DNA from: Octopus sinensis
Lineage: Eukaryota
Assembly: GCF_006345805.1 (NCBI RefSeq)
Contig: NC_043008.1
Coordinates: 8,742,001-8,806,000 of the forward strand
Length of the DNA stretch: 64,000 nucleotides
Direction of reading: 5' to 3'
A program made the translations under genes and the position numbers. The first letter of the stretch is position 1; the number at the start of each line of letters is the position of its first letter. Under the pieces are notes generated by a model. It was not told the DNA's origin, ran no database searches, and saw only the letters and a list, made by a program, of their open reading frames with translations. Shown piece by piece: positions 27,721-40,640 of the stretch.

Positions 27721-28590
27721 ACAAGAAATATTACAAATTCACTCTTACGTGGATAAATATATTCTATCCTAGAAGAAAATTCTGGCTTCCCAACGCTAGC
27801 TCCCAAATATTCTTCTTGTGGCATACCTTTTTGTTTTATATATATATTCGATAGTAATTTTATATGCAGACATCAACTCCGGAGTGTATAAATAAAGACA
27901 CATACACAGATATGTATGTCTGTAATATCTCTGTACTATTTTCAACTTGCTTTCTTATTGACACATCAACAATCCAAGAGAATTAAACAGTCTTCATCCA
28001 TCATCTATTTACACTTTCTCTATGATGTTTTCTTATATTCTGGTTCTCTCCGTCCTCGCACTGTATCGGAAGTCATATTAGTTCTCAAGCTTGCGAAACT
28101 TCCGAATGTGGAATTAATCATGATTCTACGCGTGCTGGCCAAAAGCACAATGGTTTTACAGGAAACTTTTTGTAGCCTTACAAATTGAAAACAGAAATAA
28201 ACAAAGCTTTTCTAACTTCTGTACGAGCAGGCTTCCTTTTGCCAGTTGAAAGTGTCAGTGCACAAACAGGTTATATGTGTATGTGCGTATACGGATGTGT
28301 GTTCGCGGTAGCATGTGTATGCTAGTATGTGTGTGAGCGTCTGTGAATATATATGGTCAGTCCAAACGAGAACAAGTAAGAAAAAGAAAGAACACGAGGA
28401 CGTGGTACAAGTACTGTGTTATTGGACCCTCAGGAAAGGAAAGGAAAGGAAAGAAAGGGGATTTCAGGTTTCAAGCGGAGCACCTCATCAGAAATATAAA
28501 AAAAAGTTCAAAGAAGGGAAGACGGAGAAAGAAAATCGCCAACGAAACACACACGGTTACATATGAATATATATATATATATATATGTAT

Positions 28591-28706
<116 letters not shown>

Positions 28707-29061
28707 ATATGTATGTATGCATGCATGTCAGATTCGGCGTGATCACTTCTGATACTATAACATACAGCAGTTTCCGGTGCATAAGTGAGTTGTCAGCAAC
28801 TGCAATAGCATCCTTACTAGGCAATCCTGGTAAGAGTTTGGAAAAAGAAGCAAAACGTCTTGCGTTAAGCGAACGCAGGAAGTGAGGGAAGTAACAACAA
28901 CACAGAAGGTATAATGGAGGGACATAGAAATTACTATTTCTGCTTGCTTCTGAGCCATTACAATATTGCATATAGTCATTGAGGTCCTATGACACCCAAA
29001 CTTAACATAGGATTCTGTACCGGAGTTGATGAAATTGATTTTTTAAAGTTCTTCCTAATAA

Positions 29062-29232
29062 GCGGCCAAGTTGTACGTGGTTTACATCGACCACAGTGTT
29101 CAGCCGGTATATTATGGACCCCGGAAAAGATGAAAGTCTTCAGCAGCGGAATTTGAGCTCAGAGCATAACAGACAGATGAAATGGTGCTAAGCTTTATAC
29201 CCAGCGAGCTACTCATTCTACCAGCTCACCTT
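29062..29232 (-). mobile_element. SINE family B, diverged copy
   Basis: tacatcgacc..gaccccggaaaagatgaaag..gcggaatttgagctcagag..ctaccagctcacc is homologous to 14437-14664. Confidence 0.75.
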
Positions 29233-29479
29233 ACGTTCTTCTTGTAACAATAAATGAGAGATATTCTGGGAAACAAAGACACCAGATTACTATCATGCAT
29301 TCATGCATCGATTTACAACATAAGTATATACACATGAGTATGTTTGAGTGTATGCGTGTACACACATACATACATGCATACATTCATACATACATTCATA
29401 ATATCGATCCCAAGTGCCTTTCAATGTTGTATTACATCACTTCGACAACATCTTTTAACCACCAAGTGTCGAAATGCAT

Positions 29480-30505
29480 CCCTTGACTAAGTCTCTATAT
29501 ATGAGGCTGGTAATATCATAAGACTTCGAAGGCAGCTCCTTAAGCAACATTCCTTGTTTGATAACCTTAAATACGTGCCCAAAGAAGTCGCACGACTCTA
29601 CCACAGTATCATCAGTTGAAAGGATGAGCCTATATGAGCAGAAGACTATGCATGGATATGTTAGTAGAAAGCTCAGAAATGATAGTAACATCGATCATCA
29701 GAACAGTATATCATGGACCAATAACCGGATTACTACATCCCACTTTGAAGGGTATGCGTTTGCAAACTAGGAACAGGAAATATCAACCAAATATCTGATG
29801 CACAAAAGGGATAGAGATGCAGGAAAAGCAGTAATATGTGACAACCGATGCAGAATGTGGAGTTAACACCGAAGATATCACCCACATCATAAGCAGTTGT
29901 CCAAAAATGTCATCATGGTATTATCTACAAATGAGACATGACATTGTAGCTAGGACACTATAATGAAATCCGTCGGAAGGATAAAACTGAGACAAAAAAT
30001 AAGAACCCAGAGTATGGTAGAAGTCATACCCATTCATAATAGAAAGGAGCACTGGTGGAACGTCCCAGTGAAACCCCAATAAAATGTAAGCACAACAGAC
30101 CTGATATAATTATTTGGGATAGAGAAGAGAAACTATGTAGAGTTGTGGAAATTCTCTACCCAGCGGAGGATAACATAAAGCTGAAGATCAGTGAAAAAGA
30201 GAACACCTACACTGAACTATTGAGAAATCTGCAGTTATTCTATCTAGATTACAAGTTCAGGTTTATACCTGTAATTATTGGGGATCTGAGATATGTAACA
30301 CACTGCCTAAATACCAATCGTGAGAAATTAGGCTTCTCAGAACCAGAAAGGAGAAAGCATATTCGAAGACTACCGATCCAATCCATCACTGGAACTGCGA
30401 AAATGTCTAAAATTTTACAGATATTTATAATTTAAGTATATATGAGCATGTCTAAATATGGAGGTGTATGCATGAGAATGTATACATAAAACAAAACATA
30501 CAAAT

Positions 30506-30594
<89 letters not shown>

Positions 30595-30690
30595 TCCTGT
30601 TGTTGATGTTGAAATTCCAATGAAGGAGCCTTGGACCCAAGTTAGAAACCGGTTCGTTCTATATTGACAAGAAATCTTGAAATAAAACTG
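29480..30690 (+). mobile_element. RLE-type LINE 3' fragment (zinc knuckle, endonuclease and 3'UTR)
   Basis: FEGYAFAN*EQEISTKYL, CDNRCRM, EDITHIISSCPKM..YYLQMRHDIVAR and NRPDIIIWDREEKLCRVVEILYP..EKENTY. Confidence 0.9.
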
Positions 30691-30736
30691 AATAATGACA
30701 TACATATAGATATAGAGAAAGAGAGCGAGAGAGAGA

Positions 30737-30775
<39 letters not shown>

Positions 30776-31199
30776 TTGAGGAGAAAATAGCGGTTGCAAC
30801 AAACTTGTGTTATTCAGAAAACCCATTTTCAGCCTCGCTTTGAAAAATATTCACGGTATGTTTAAAACACGATTTCCTCTGTTCTCAGAAAATATAGATC
30901 TAACAATTTTCAGCGTTTATTTCCACTTCAGTAGTTATGGGTAGCTTATTTCATAATCTCAGAGGAAACACTGCTGTATAACTATTTATGACAAACGCAA
31001 ATTCTACAATCTCTAATATAGATTGTGAAACTAAGAACATACATCACATCTTCTGGGCTACAGATAGTAAAACATATATGTAGCACTTATGACATATAAG
31101 GAAATATTTTTGTATAATAAGATATTTTTTGCAGTGTTTGATAGAATATTTTACTGCAAGGTATGTCATCAAATGATTTTGTTTCCAATATTTGTTCCG

Positions 31200-31900
31200 T
31201 TGCTGCCCTAAGTATTTTTTTTTTTTTTACTTAAAACCGATTTTGCCCTGAAGACATAACTCAGTGAATATTGAATATATTTTAGTTATATTTCTAGCTG
31301 TTTTGTAAATATATTGGGGAGGTACCGAACATCCATATTTATATTTACGCACACTTTTCTTTCGGATTTCTATATTGTCACTATTTACTGATTTCCCGTT
31401 AAGTGTCCCGTTAAGTATAGGAAGATATTCTTAAAATACATGAAACTTTGTAGCAAATCCTAATGAAACCCTTCCTATACGTATTTCATGTATCATCTTC
31501 TGAATGGTGCCACACTGGGAGGGCTTCATGTCTGTAAAAATCTATGGCTAAGGCTTCGGAGTTTTTAGAGACATGTTTGCCCATGCTCAGTCGTTGTAAA
31601 GCAGAGACTTCCAAATATACACAATTTTATTTTTTTACGTTGACATTGATGCTATACGAATCACTTTTCTTTTTCCAGATCAGATGCTTTAATGCCACGT
31701 GTTCCATTAGTTTGTGGCTAGTGTTCGATATTGGCATCTACTTTTCTTCTCGAAGTTGATATTCAATCGTCAGAATTTGAAGACTTTTGAGATTTTAGTT
31801 TTGGAATGGCTTAGAAGATGTTTTTTGGTGAAATTTGCCCGGTTTTTAATTGCTTTTTTTATGAAATAATTATAAACGCCCAGTGAAATATATAATTCCC
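31200..31900 (-). mobile_element. Ancient LINE RT remnant
   Basis: Minus-strand PISNTSHKLMEHV, IFTDMK and LNGKSVNSDNIEIRRKV..PNIFTKQLE weakly match RT motifs. Confidence 0.35.
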
Positions 31901-32196
31901 ATTTGAATTTACATTCTATCTTACTGTTTGGTTAAGGATTAGCTGTTATGTACCGGTCTGACTCATAAAGTTATCGGATTCTCAAATTGGTCATATAGAT
32001 CGCTTGCTTACCATTTGAAGAATCTGTGTGTTCTTGCGCTTCGATTCATTAAAATTAAAATTATATTAATTCCAAAATTCCAAAAATATTTCATTGACAA
32101 AATTAAATATCAATAGGTGACACACTGTGAATCACGGAAGTAGTTCTAGTAATACACGCATTCAATTATGTGCGTATAATTTACAAAATTGTGTAT

Positions 32197-32615
32197 ATAG
32201 GCGCAGGAGTGGCTGTGTGGTAAGTAGCTTGCTAACCAGCCACATGGTTCCGGGTTCAGTCCCACTGCGTGGCATCTTGGGCAAGTGTCTTCTGCTATAG
32301 CCCCGGGCCGACCAATGCCTTGTGAGTGGATTTGGTAGACGGAAGCTGAAAGAAGCCTGTCGTATATATGTATATATATATATATATGTGTGTGTGTATG
32401 TATTTGTGTGTCTATGTTTGTCTCCCTAGCATTGCTTGACAACCGATGCTGGTGTGTTTACGTCCCCGTCACGTAGCGGTTCGACAAAAGAGACCGATAG
32501 AATAAGTACTGGGCTTACAAAAGAATAAGTCCCGGGGTCGATTTGCTCGACTAAAGGCAGTGCTCCAGCATGGCCACAGTCAAATGACTGAAACAATTAA
32601 AGAGTAAAAGAGTAT
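32197..32615 (+). mobile_element. SINE family A, full-length young copy
   Basis: Complete from taggcgcaggagtggctgtgtggtaag to caaatgactgaaacaattaaagag; near-identical to the 43822 and 44231 copies. Confidence 0.97.
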
Positions 32616-33539
32616 ACGCACACACGCATACACACACACACATGTATATGTATAGATATTATGCATGTATGTACGTATGTATGTATGTATGTGTGCATGA
32701 ATGCACGCATGTATATATTTTGGTAATTCGAAATATACTGTTACAATTTAATAATTTACATTAGTAAAACTTTGCTGAAATGAAATATTTTCTTAAAATG
32801 AGATGAATATGTCTGCCGAATTATTTATGCAAATATTTTTAACGTCGATACGTTTATCTTAGTAGATATACTATGAAAAGATTATTTTTCTTAATACTCT
32901 TACTAAAGTTTCATCAGAAGAAAGTCTGGTTTTTGAAAAAATATATACGCTTCTGATTTTATATCAATTTTTAATATATAATCTGAGTATTATTCAAACT
33001 ACTTGTTTCAGTAAATTACTTTTCTACTCGCTTCGTATTCTTCGGACGGAGCGAGTAATTGCATAAATATTTCGTCTGCTTACCCAAGAAATTTAGAACT
33101 ATTCATTGTCCCTCACTGACGCTGTTCTATGAATCATTTAGTTTGCTAAGAGACAGTATATATATATAAAATTAACTGGTTAATATAACCGTAATACATT
33201 GTCGGAAGTTTCATTTAGCAGAAATACTTGAAAAAAATCTTGCCCAAACTCTGAAGTGAATATTATATACATTTTGGTACTGCATGCATACGAATGATTT
33301 GGTTTATGTCTATGATTGTTTGAATTGCATAGTAGAGGTTTTCCTCTAATTTATATATATTATATATTTATATTGTGAAATTCGATTTAATACTAAATTG
33401 AATTTTTCTCTGTAAATTTGGAGTTATACTCCCTAATATCATTATTATTGATTATTATTATTATTATTATTGTTGTTGTTGTTGTTGTTGTTGTTATATA
33501 TGCATATATATACATACATATGTGTACATACCTACATAC

Positions 33540-33585
<46 letters not shown>

Positions 33586-33750
33586 TATATATACATGCAT
33601 ATATGGATCCAGGACTTCAAAAATACGTGAACAAAATGAAAAACGAGAACATAAAGAAACAAAAAACGTTGGAAAGCGAGCTTTTTTTCAAACAAAGAAA
33701 GAAACAAAACAGGCCACATAAAGAACAATCCCTTTGTCAGTTGTCCCCAG

Positions 33751-34218
33751 TTTTATCTTCTCCAAGTTCCGAAAGTTTGAACAAGATGCGACTTCATTAA
33801 AACAGTCGCAAAAAACAACGGTAAAATTTTGGTACGACCTGGTATGTTTTTAACAAAATAAGGACATCGTAATAGGCACATATTTATTTGTAAATATAGT
33901 TATATAGCTTTAATTGAGTTCAGAAGAAAGGAATCAAAGTTACTCACTTGTTCTATAATATGTTTTCTAAAGTGACTCTAGCGAACTGGTCAACAGTGAA
34001 ATGAATTAGACAAGTCAGGAATAAAACAGATGCTTCTTGATCATGTTGTCAAACATTTATTACAAATAGTGTCTTATCATCTCTATAAATATAACGCCAT
34101 CTGATATTTGCCACAAAACAAGATATCTACTTCGACAGTACAGTGTTGTTTTTCTTTTTCTCAGTTTTCTGTTGAAGGAATTTTATTTTCCCATTTATTA
34201 AATTGCGAAACTGCATGA
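33751..34218 (+). CDS. Candidate two-exon 3' end (33751-33841 + 34165-34218): FIFSKFRKFEQDATSLKQSQKTTVKFWYDL|FSVEGILFSHLLNCETA*
   Basis: Donor CTG|gtatgt, strong acceptor ttgtttttctttttctcag, phase 0 compatible, AATAAA at 34278. No homology recognised. Confidence 0.2.
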
Positions 34219-34770
34219 ACATTACACATTCTCCGTTGACTTGTATCTATGGATGTGGATTTTAAACATAAGAAATCAATAAAATATTTGCGATATATAT
34301 AATCAGTTAATGGAATAAGTTTGAGTAATAACAGATAGATATTTGATTAAATAAAATAACATTAAAAAAGATACCCATTTCGCTTTTGTTTCGATCACGT
34401 CATTTATATGTATATAACTGCTATATAAAATATATATCATTTTCAAATTTAAATGTAGTTTAGACAAGGCTATATTATACGATTATTTATAAACACACCA
34501 CACGCACACGTACATACATGCATACATACACACATGAACACATGCGTACACACATACACACGCAGGCACACACACGCACGCGCACAAGCAAATACACACA
34601 TATAGATATGTAGATACAGATATATTTATAGATATACATGCGGGGTAAATATATATGATTAATTATCCTTATATCAAAATATGCTTAAAATTGTATATTT
34701 GGACGATTGCTCGTATATGCCTAGATACACATGCACACATACAAACATACACATACACATATATGTATAA

Positions 34771-35010
34771 ATCCTTAAAACTGTTTTAGCCCGAAGGCCG
34801 CGGCCATGCTGGGGCACCACCGCTGAATGAGCTACACTAATATGTGAATCCACCTCTGATACGTGGCACTTGATCAGCAAGGGGGTTCGATGCTGTTGCC
34901 CGCATCTGCGTCTCCTGTTGTGAGGTAGGTTCATCTGGGACTCCCGACAAGAAGAGATCCAGTTTAGTTTTAAAGAAACCCATATCCACACCATGTAAGT
35001 CTCTCAGGCA
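34771..35010 (-). mobile_element. CR1/L2-group LINE 3' end
   Basis: LPKCLRDLHGVDMGFFKTKLDLFLSGVPDEP is a typical C-terminus; it is followed by the 3' tail ggtggtgccccagcatggccgcggccttcgggctaaaaca. Confidence 0.85.
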
Positions 35011-35109
35011 TTTAGGGAGTATATATACATAAATGTACATGTATGCATGCATATATGAAACTGAAAGGAAACGCTAAAAAGCATCCTGTTATGGGGCTAA
35101 TTTGATTTG

Positions 35110-35144
<35 letters not shown>

Positions 35145-35729
35145 TGCGTGTGTCCGTGTGTGTGTGTGTGTGATGATCTTTAGAATTATTGGTCGCCGCT
35201 AACATTACACTACACCGCTATTTAATCTTACCTTGGGTATTCCGTTATCAAGTCATTTTCACTCCACAATGAGTAGTTCGTGGCTTCGGATGTAAATCAC
35301 TTTCGAATAAGAGCCCGCGAGGGAGCCCCTGTTCGGTGGGTTGACCTTCTAAAAATAACAGTCGAGTGTCCGACAGTTTACCTTTCCTGATACAATGGAT
35401 TATTTATTCATGGTCTTGACTAAGTAAAATGACTTTCAATATACGTATGATGCTTAGAAATGAATTGAGGAAAAAACAAAGATAAAACTATTGGTTACTA
35501 AAACAAGCCCGTCTTTCACCAGGGTAGACCTATGCAGGATGAGAAGGCAAGGCTAATGTGTGAATATATATAAGAAAATGACAAAAGACATATTTATTTT
35601 TTTATAAGGAACAGTTTTTTTTACTTAACTGTTTCTTATGAAAAAATAAATTTCTCCTATGTATGGTGAGTTTTGAATCACCCTATATATAAATATATAT
35701 GTATCTATATATATATATATATATATGTA

Positions 35730-35807
<78 letters not shown>

Positions 35808-35946
35808 GACAGAGAGAGAGACAGACAGATAGACAGGTAGATACATAGATAGGTATTGCTGAACCGCTAAAATTCGGTGACGTAAACATACACACAGACA
35901 CACAGACACATATGTATGTATGTGTGCATGCATGCATATATATATA

Positions 35947-35984
<38 letters not shown>

Positions 35985-36810
35985 GTGTGTCTGTGTCATT
36001 AAGTATATATACATACTGGTATTTACGACCGTGTGATTATATACGACTGTGTTCCTGTGTTTGGAGATTTTCCTCATGTATTGTAACACATTGACAGTTT
36101 CGCCATTACTGTAAAATTCTATTCACAATAAAATTATTTTGAGGTTTCTTCACCAACCATTCATAAGAATTTTCGCCAAATACTTCAAGGACATCCATCA
36201 AGTCTTCGCTGCTGCTATAGCGAATCCAAGTGATTTTTCCCCTCTTTTTTTTATTGGAGTTTAGAAAGCAGTGTGCAAATCTATATATTGTAACAAAATT
36301 GTCTTTGTACTACGTTATACATGACGTATTGAAGTGTACGTGTACAAGTATTTGTACCACTAGGAATATGTGTACGCGCACACTTGTGTATGAGTGAGTG
36401 AGTGAGTGTATATGTGTGTCCGTGAGCGTTGCAATTTATTTCTTGTATTCTCAATTTTCGTGTGTCGCATGTCAACCGACATGTTACGCACCGATGCCAT
36501 AATCACGAAATAGGTGACCATTTCCCCTCTGAAACCATGACATATGAAATATAGAATAATATTAATTCCATTTGATCTCTTTTTTCTCAGTCACCAATTT
36601 ACTATCAGAAGAATAGTTTCTTTGTCAAAAGAATAACAAAAAGCATAATAAACTTTTGTATTTTTTTTTTTTTTTTTATTTTGTCTTACATAGACATTCA
36701 TCTACCTGTGTGTTTATATGTATTATGTAGTGTGTACATACACATATATATATACACACACGAACATATATATACATATATATATATATACATACATACG
36801 TACATACATT

Positions 36811-36857
<47 letters not shown>

Positions 36858-37274
36858 GTACATACATTTATATATCTATTTATATATATATATATACCTG
36901 CATATATACATACAAACATATAGTAATACATGTATATATAAACATATTTATTTACTTATTTATTTGCGTATAAAGATATATATGTGTGCGTATTTGTAGC
37001 TGTGTGTCTGTTTATATATGTATATATAAATATTTATAAAAGAGTACATACGTACGAATTTATAAATACACACATATAGAGAGACACATATACACCCACA
37101 CACACACACACACACGCATACACATATGCATGAACGCACATATATATAAATAAATATGAGAATGTTTGTGTCAGTGCGGTTGTGAGTATTTGTGTGTGAG
37201 TGTATGCGTCACTCCATGTGTGGGCATGTGTGCGTGTTTGTATGTTTGTATGAGTGTATGTATGTGTGTGTGTG

Positions 37275-38000
37275 TGTGTGTGTACGTGTGTAGGTAAGGT
37301 TATTCAGAAAGTTTTTAAAAAGCGAAGCCAAATAAATCAGATAAATCATATTTAGTTATTCTTTCCTTCATACTGCACAACTTTGATTTCTGAAACTTCA
37401 CTCCACTTCAAAGTGTGTACCGTGTATTAGCCTTTCATCTAGTAATATACTATATTGTACATCATGTGTTTGATATATGTTTTGAGCACATCATTTGTGG
37501 AAAATATGAATTTTATTATTCAAACTGAAGAGAAGAGTCTTCTCACTCTTACGACGATAATAAATTGTACAGCAAATTTTATTTTTGATGCATGTATGAT
37601 TTAAACATGTATTTTACTGCAAGCGGGTCGTTTTTTATGATCACATCATCTGATTTACTATGGATTAAGCCTGATATCTATATATTAGAAGATTTAAGAG
37701 GTATATAGAATGGAAGATCGTGTGTGATAAGAGATATCCAATTACTCTAAGTCTTTGAACGCTATGATATGAATGATGTAACATTTTTGACAGTCAGTAA
37801 ATGCACTTCGTTATATATTCGCTCGTGTTGCTTCAGTATTACGAGCTATAAACACAGATCAATATTTTGATATAATTTTGTTCACACAATGATTTTGTTA
37901 CTGAAAACATATTTCACGTATTAGAGCAACAATTCTACAGCAACAACATCCTGCCTCGAAGCCGTGGTCAACAGTACAAAGGAGGACATTGGTGAAACGC
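37275..38000 (-). mobile_element. Possible very old mariner remnant
   Basis: TIR-like gtaaggttattcagaaagtt and faint similarity to the mariner C-terminus; no second TIR found. Confidence 0.25.
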
Positions 38001-38768
38001 GTCAATTCTCTGTAGTTGAAATTTCTTTGGGCTTAAGTGACAAATGTCTCTGACAACAGTATGAACCATATTGCCCTATAATTAATGGAAGCGAAATCCT
38101 TGTATAGGTTCAGGAAGTGACTTAAAATGAAAGAATAAAAGATTCGCTGAAATTGAGCAATAAATATAAAGTACTTACAATTTCTGCATAAAGATATTTC
38201 ACGTATGTCGTTAACACCCTTAAGAAAGGTGAAACACATTTGTACGTATCCGTTTCATTTTACCCATGATATATTGTAGCTTTGTTCTTAGTTAAATATT
38301 CATATGTATGTTTACGTGTGGCTAGCTGAGCAAGAATTAAGCCTTTAGATTGTGGTGATCCATCAAGGATTCGATTTTTCATTGAGACAAACTGAGCAAG
38401 TTGTGTGAGCGGTATGCTTAAGTATGCAATTCCCTAAACTATAACGCACTGATTTATCAAGAAGGAGCGAAATATAGATGTGTGTGTGGGTCTGAATGTG
38501 CTATTGTATTTGTTTATGGTGTGTGTGCGCCTGTATGCTAGTGTGTGTGTACAGATATACATGCATAAATACAGATACACAGATATACATGCATATATAT
38601 TTATATATATATATATATATATATACATTTTGTCTTTGTCTTCTCACCTGGTGCTATATGAACATTTAGTGTGATTTTAAAAACAGGCTTTGACTAATAT
38701 TTTCTCTAAATTATAATCTTAAAAAATTATTACCTTTGAAAGATTTTTTATTCCCATGCTGTCCACTT

Positions 38769-38800
38769 GATAAGATCGATATTTAAATATCGATCTTATC
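38769..38800. repeat. Perfect 32-bp palindrome
   Basis: gataagatcgatattt|aaatatcgatcttatc, adjacent to (TA)n. Confidence 0.95.
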
Positions 38801-39081
38801 CTTATATATGTATATATATATATATATATTGTTGTATTTCGGGACGGTCATTTTTAATGCCAAATAAACACACGCACTATATACTTTTTCTTCACTAATT
38901 TTTTACTGTTCTTAGTTTATTATATAAGTTTTAACGCACGATTTCACATCACGAATCTTGCAAAAAAAGAAATATAAGCCTCAGCCAGGTTAGCAAGACG
39001 TTGAAAAACACTATATTCTGTTGTCTTGAGAAGATTATTACAACACAACTTGACTTTGGAAAACTAGATGTCTCCTCCAAA

Positions 39082-39132
<51 letters not shown>

Positions 39133-39619
39133 GTATTTATGTATTTATGTATGTATATATGCTTGTATACATGTGAGTGAATGTGTGTGAGTGTGCATGT
39201 GTGTGTGTGTACGTACAACGTTGCAGAGCTGAGTAGTAACATTTTAGCAATGAGATACGACTACGCCTTGTTTCCGATTTTATTGTGCATGCCAACTCAT
39301 TTTATTTGCACAAATGTCGATAATGATGTCAGTGAGGCCACGTAATCTTAGAATATTTCCATATACTTTAGTACCTTAGGGAAAGATCAATTTATCAATT
39401 TTAACTATGAAATTTTTCATATTGCAACGTTATGTATGAAATGAAGCCAAAGAAAAATATATGGTTATATTACAAGGGTGAGCCGAAACTGTTTTTAGAA
39501 GGGAAAACTAGTATTTAAGCACTACAATATATTTATCAATAACTATAAATCCAATATCTCTGTAACTAACAGATAAACAGCATAGTTACACACATATATA
39601 AACACATACATACATACAT

Positions 39620-39910
<291 letters not shown>

Positions 39911-40360
39911 GTACTTATAGTTATTATAGACGGGTATAAGCTTAAATGCATAAATGGAAAATACAAATCTAATATATATATATACGTGGCGGAGGTGTAC
40001 ACACACACGCACACACATATATATATATATATAATATAGGTGTGTGTGTAATCTATTCCAATATTTGTTATTTACATGCTGTATTTCAATGTAGTTGTGT
40101 GTTAAATTCATGGGCCTCTTTATAAATTTTCCCTGTGATTCTTTGCCATAAATATATATGCTTGCGCATGCGCATGCATATGTGAATGCGTCTCCTCCGC
40201 AAATGCAATCAAAAACTATAAAAATAGTTTCAAGCGTATTTTCTTTTTCAAAGATTGATTATAAACAGCGTTTCTTAACGCTCACCGGAAGTTTTAAAAC
40301 CACACATTGTCGTAATTTTATTCCTACGTTTTGAATCGTATATATATATCTGTACGTGTG

Positions 40361-40405
<45 letters not shown>

Positions 40406-40489
40406 GCAAACAGATACACACACGCACGCACACATATATATGCACATGGAGTAATATTTATTTGCCAACGTATAGTGGCATAAATACGG

Positions 40490-40640
40490 CGGGCTTCTTT
40501 CAGTTTCCGTCTACCAAATCCACTCACAAGGCTTTGGTCAGCCCGAGGCTATAGCAGAAGGCACTTGCCCAAGGTACCTCCCAGTGGGACTGAACCTGGC
40601 ACCATGTGGTTGCTAAGAAGTTACTTACCACACAGCCTCT
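40490..40640 (-). mobile_element. SINE family A head
   Basis: gggcttctttcagtttccgtctaccaaatccactcacaagg...ttaccacacagcc. Confidence 0.9.

Noticed and set aside
36100-36280. Minus-strand open frame FAHCFLNSNKKKRGKITWIRYSSSEDLMDVLEVFG
   Set aside because: Weak donor and no homology recognised.
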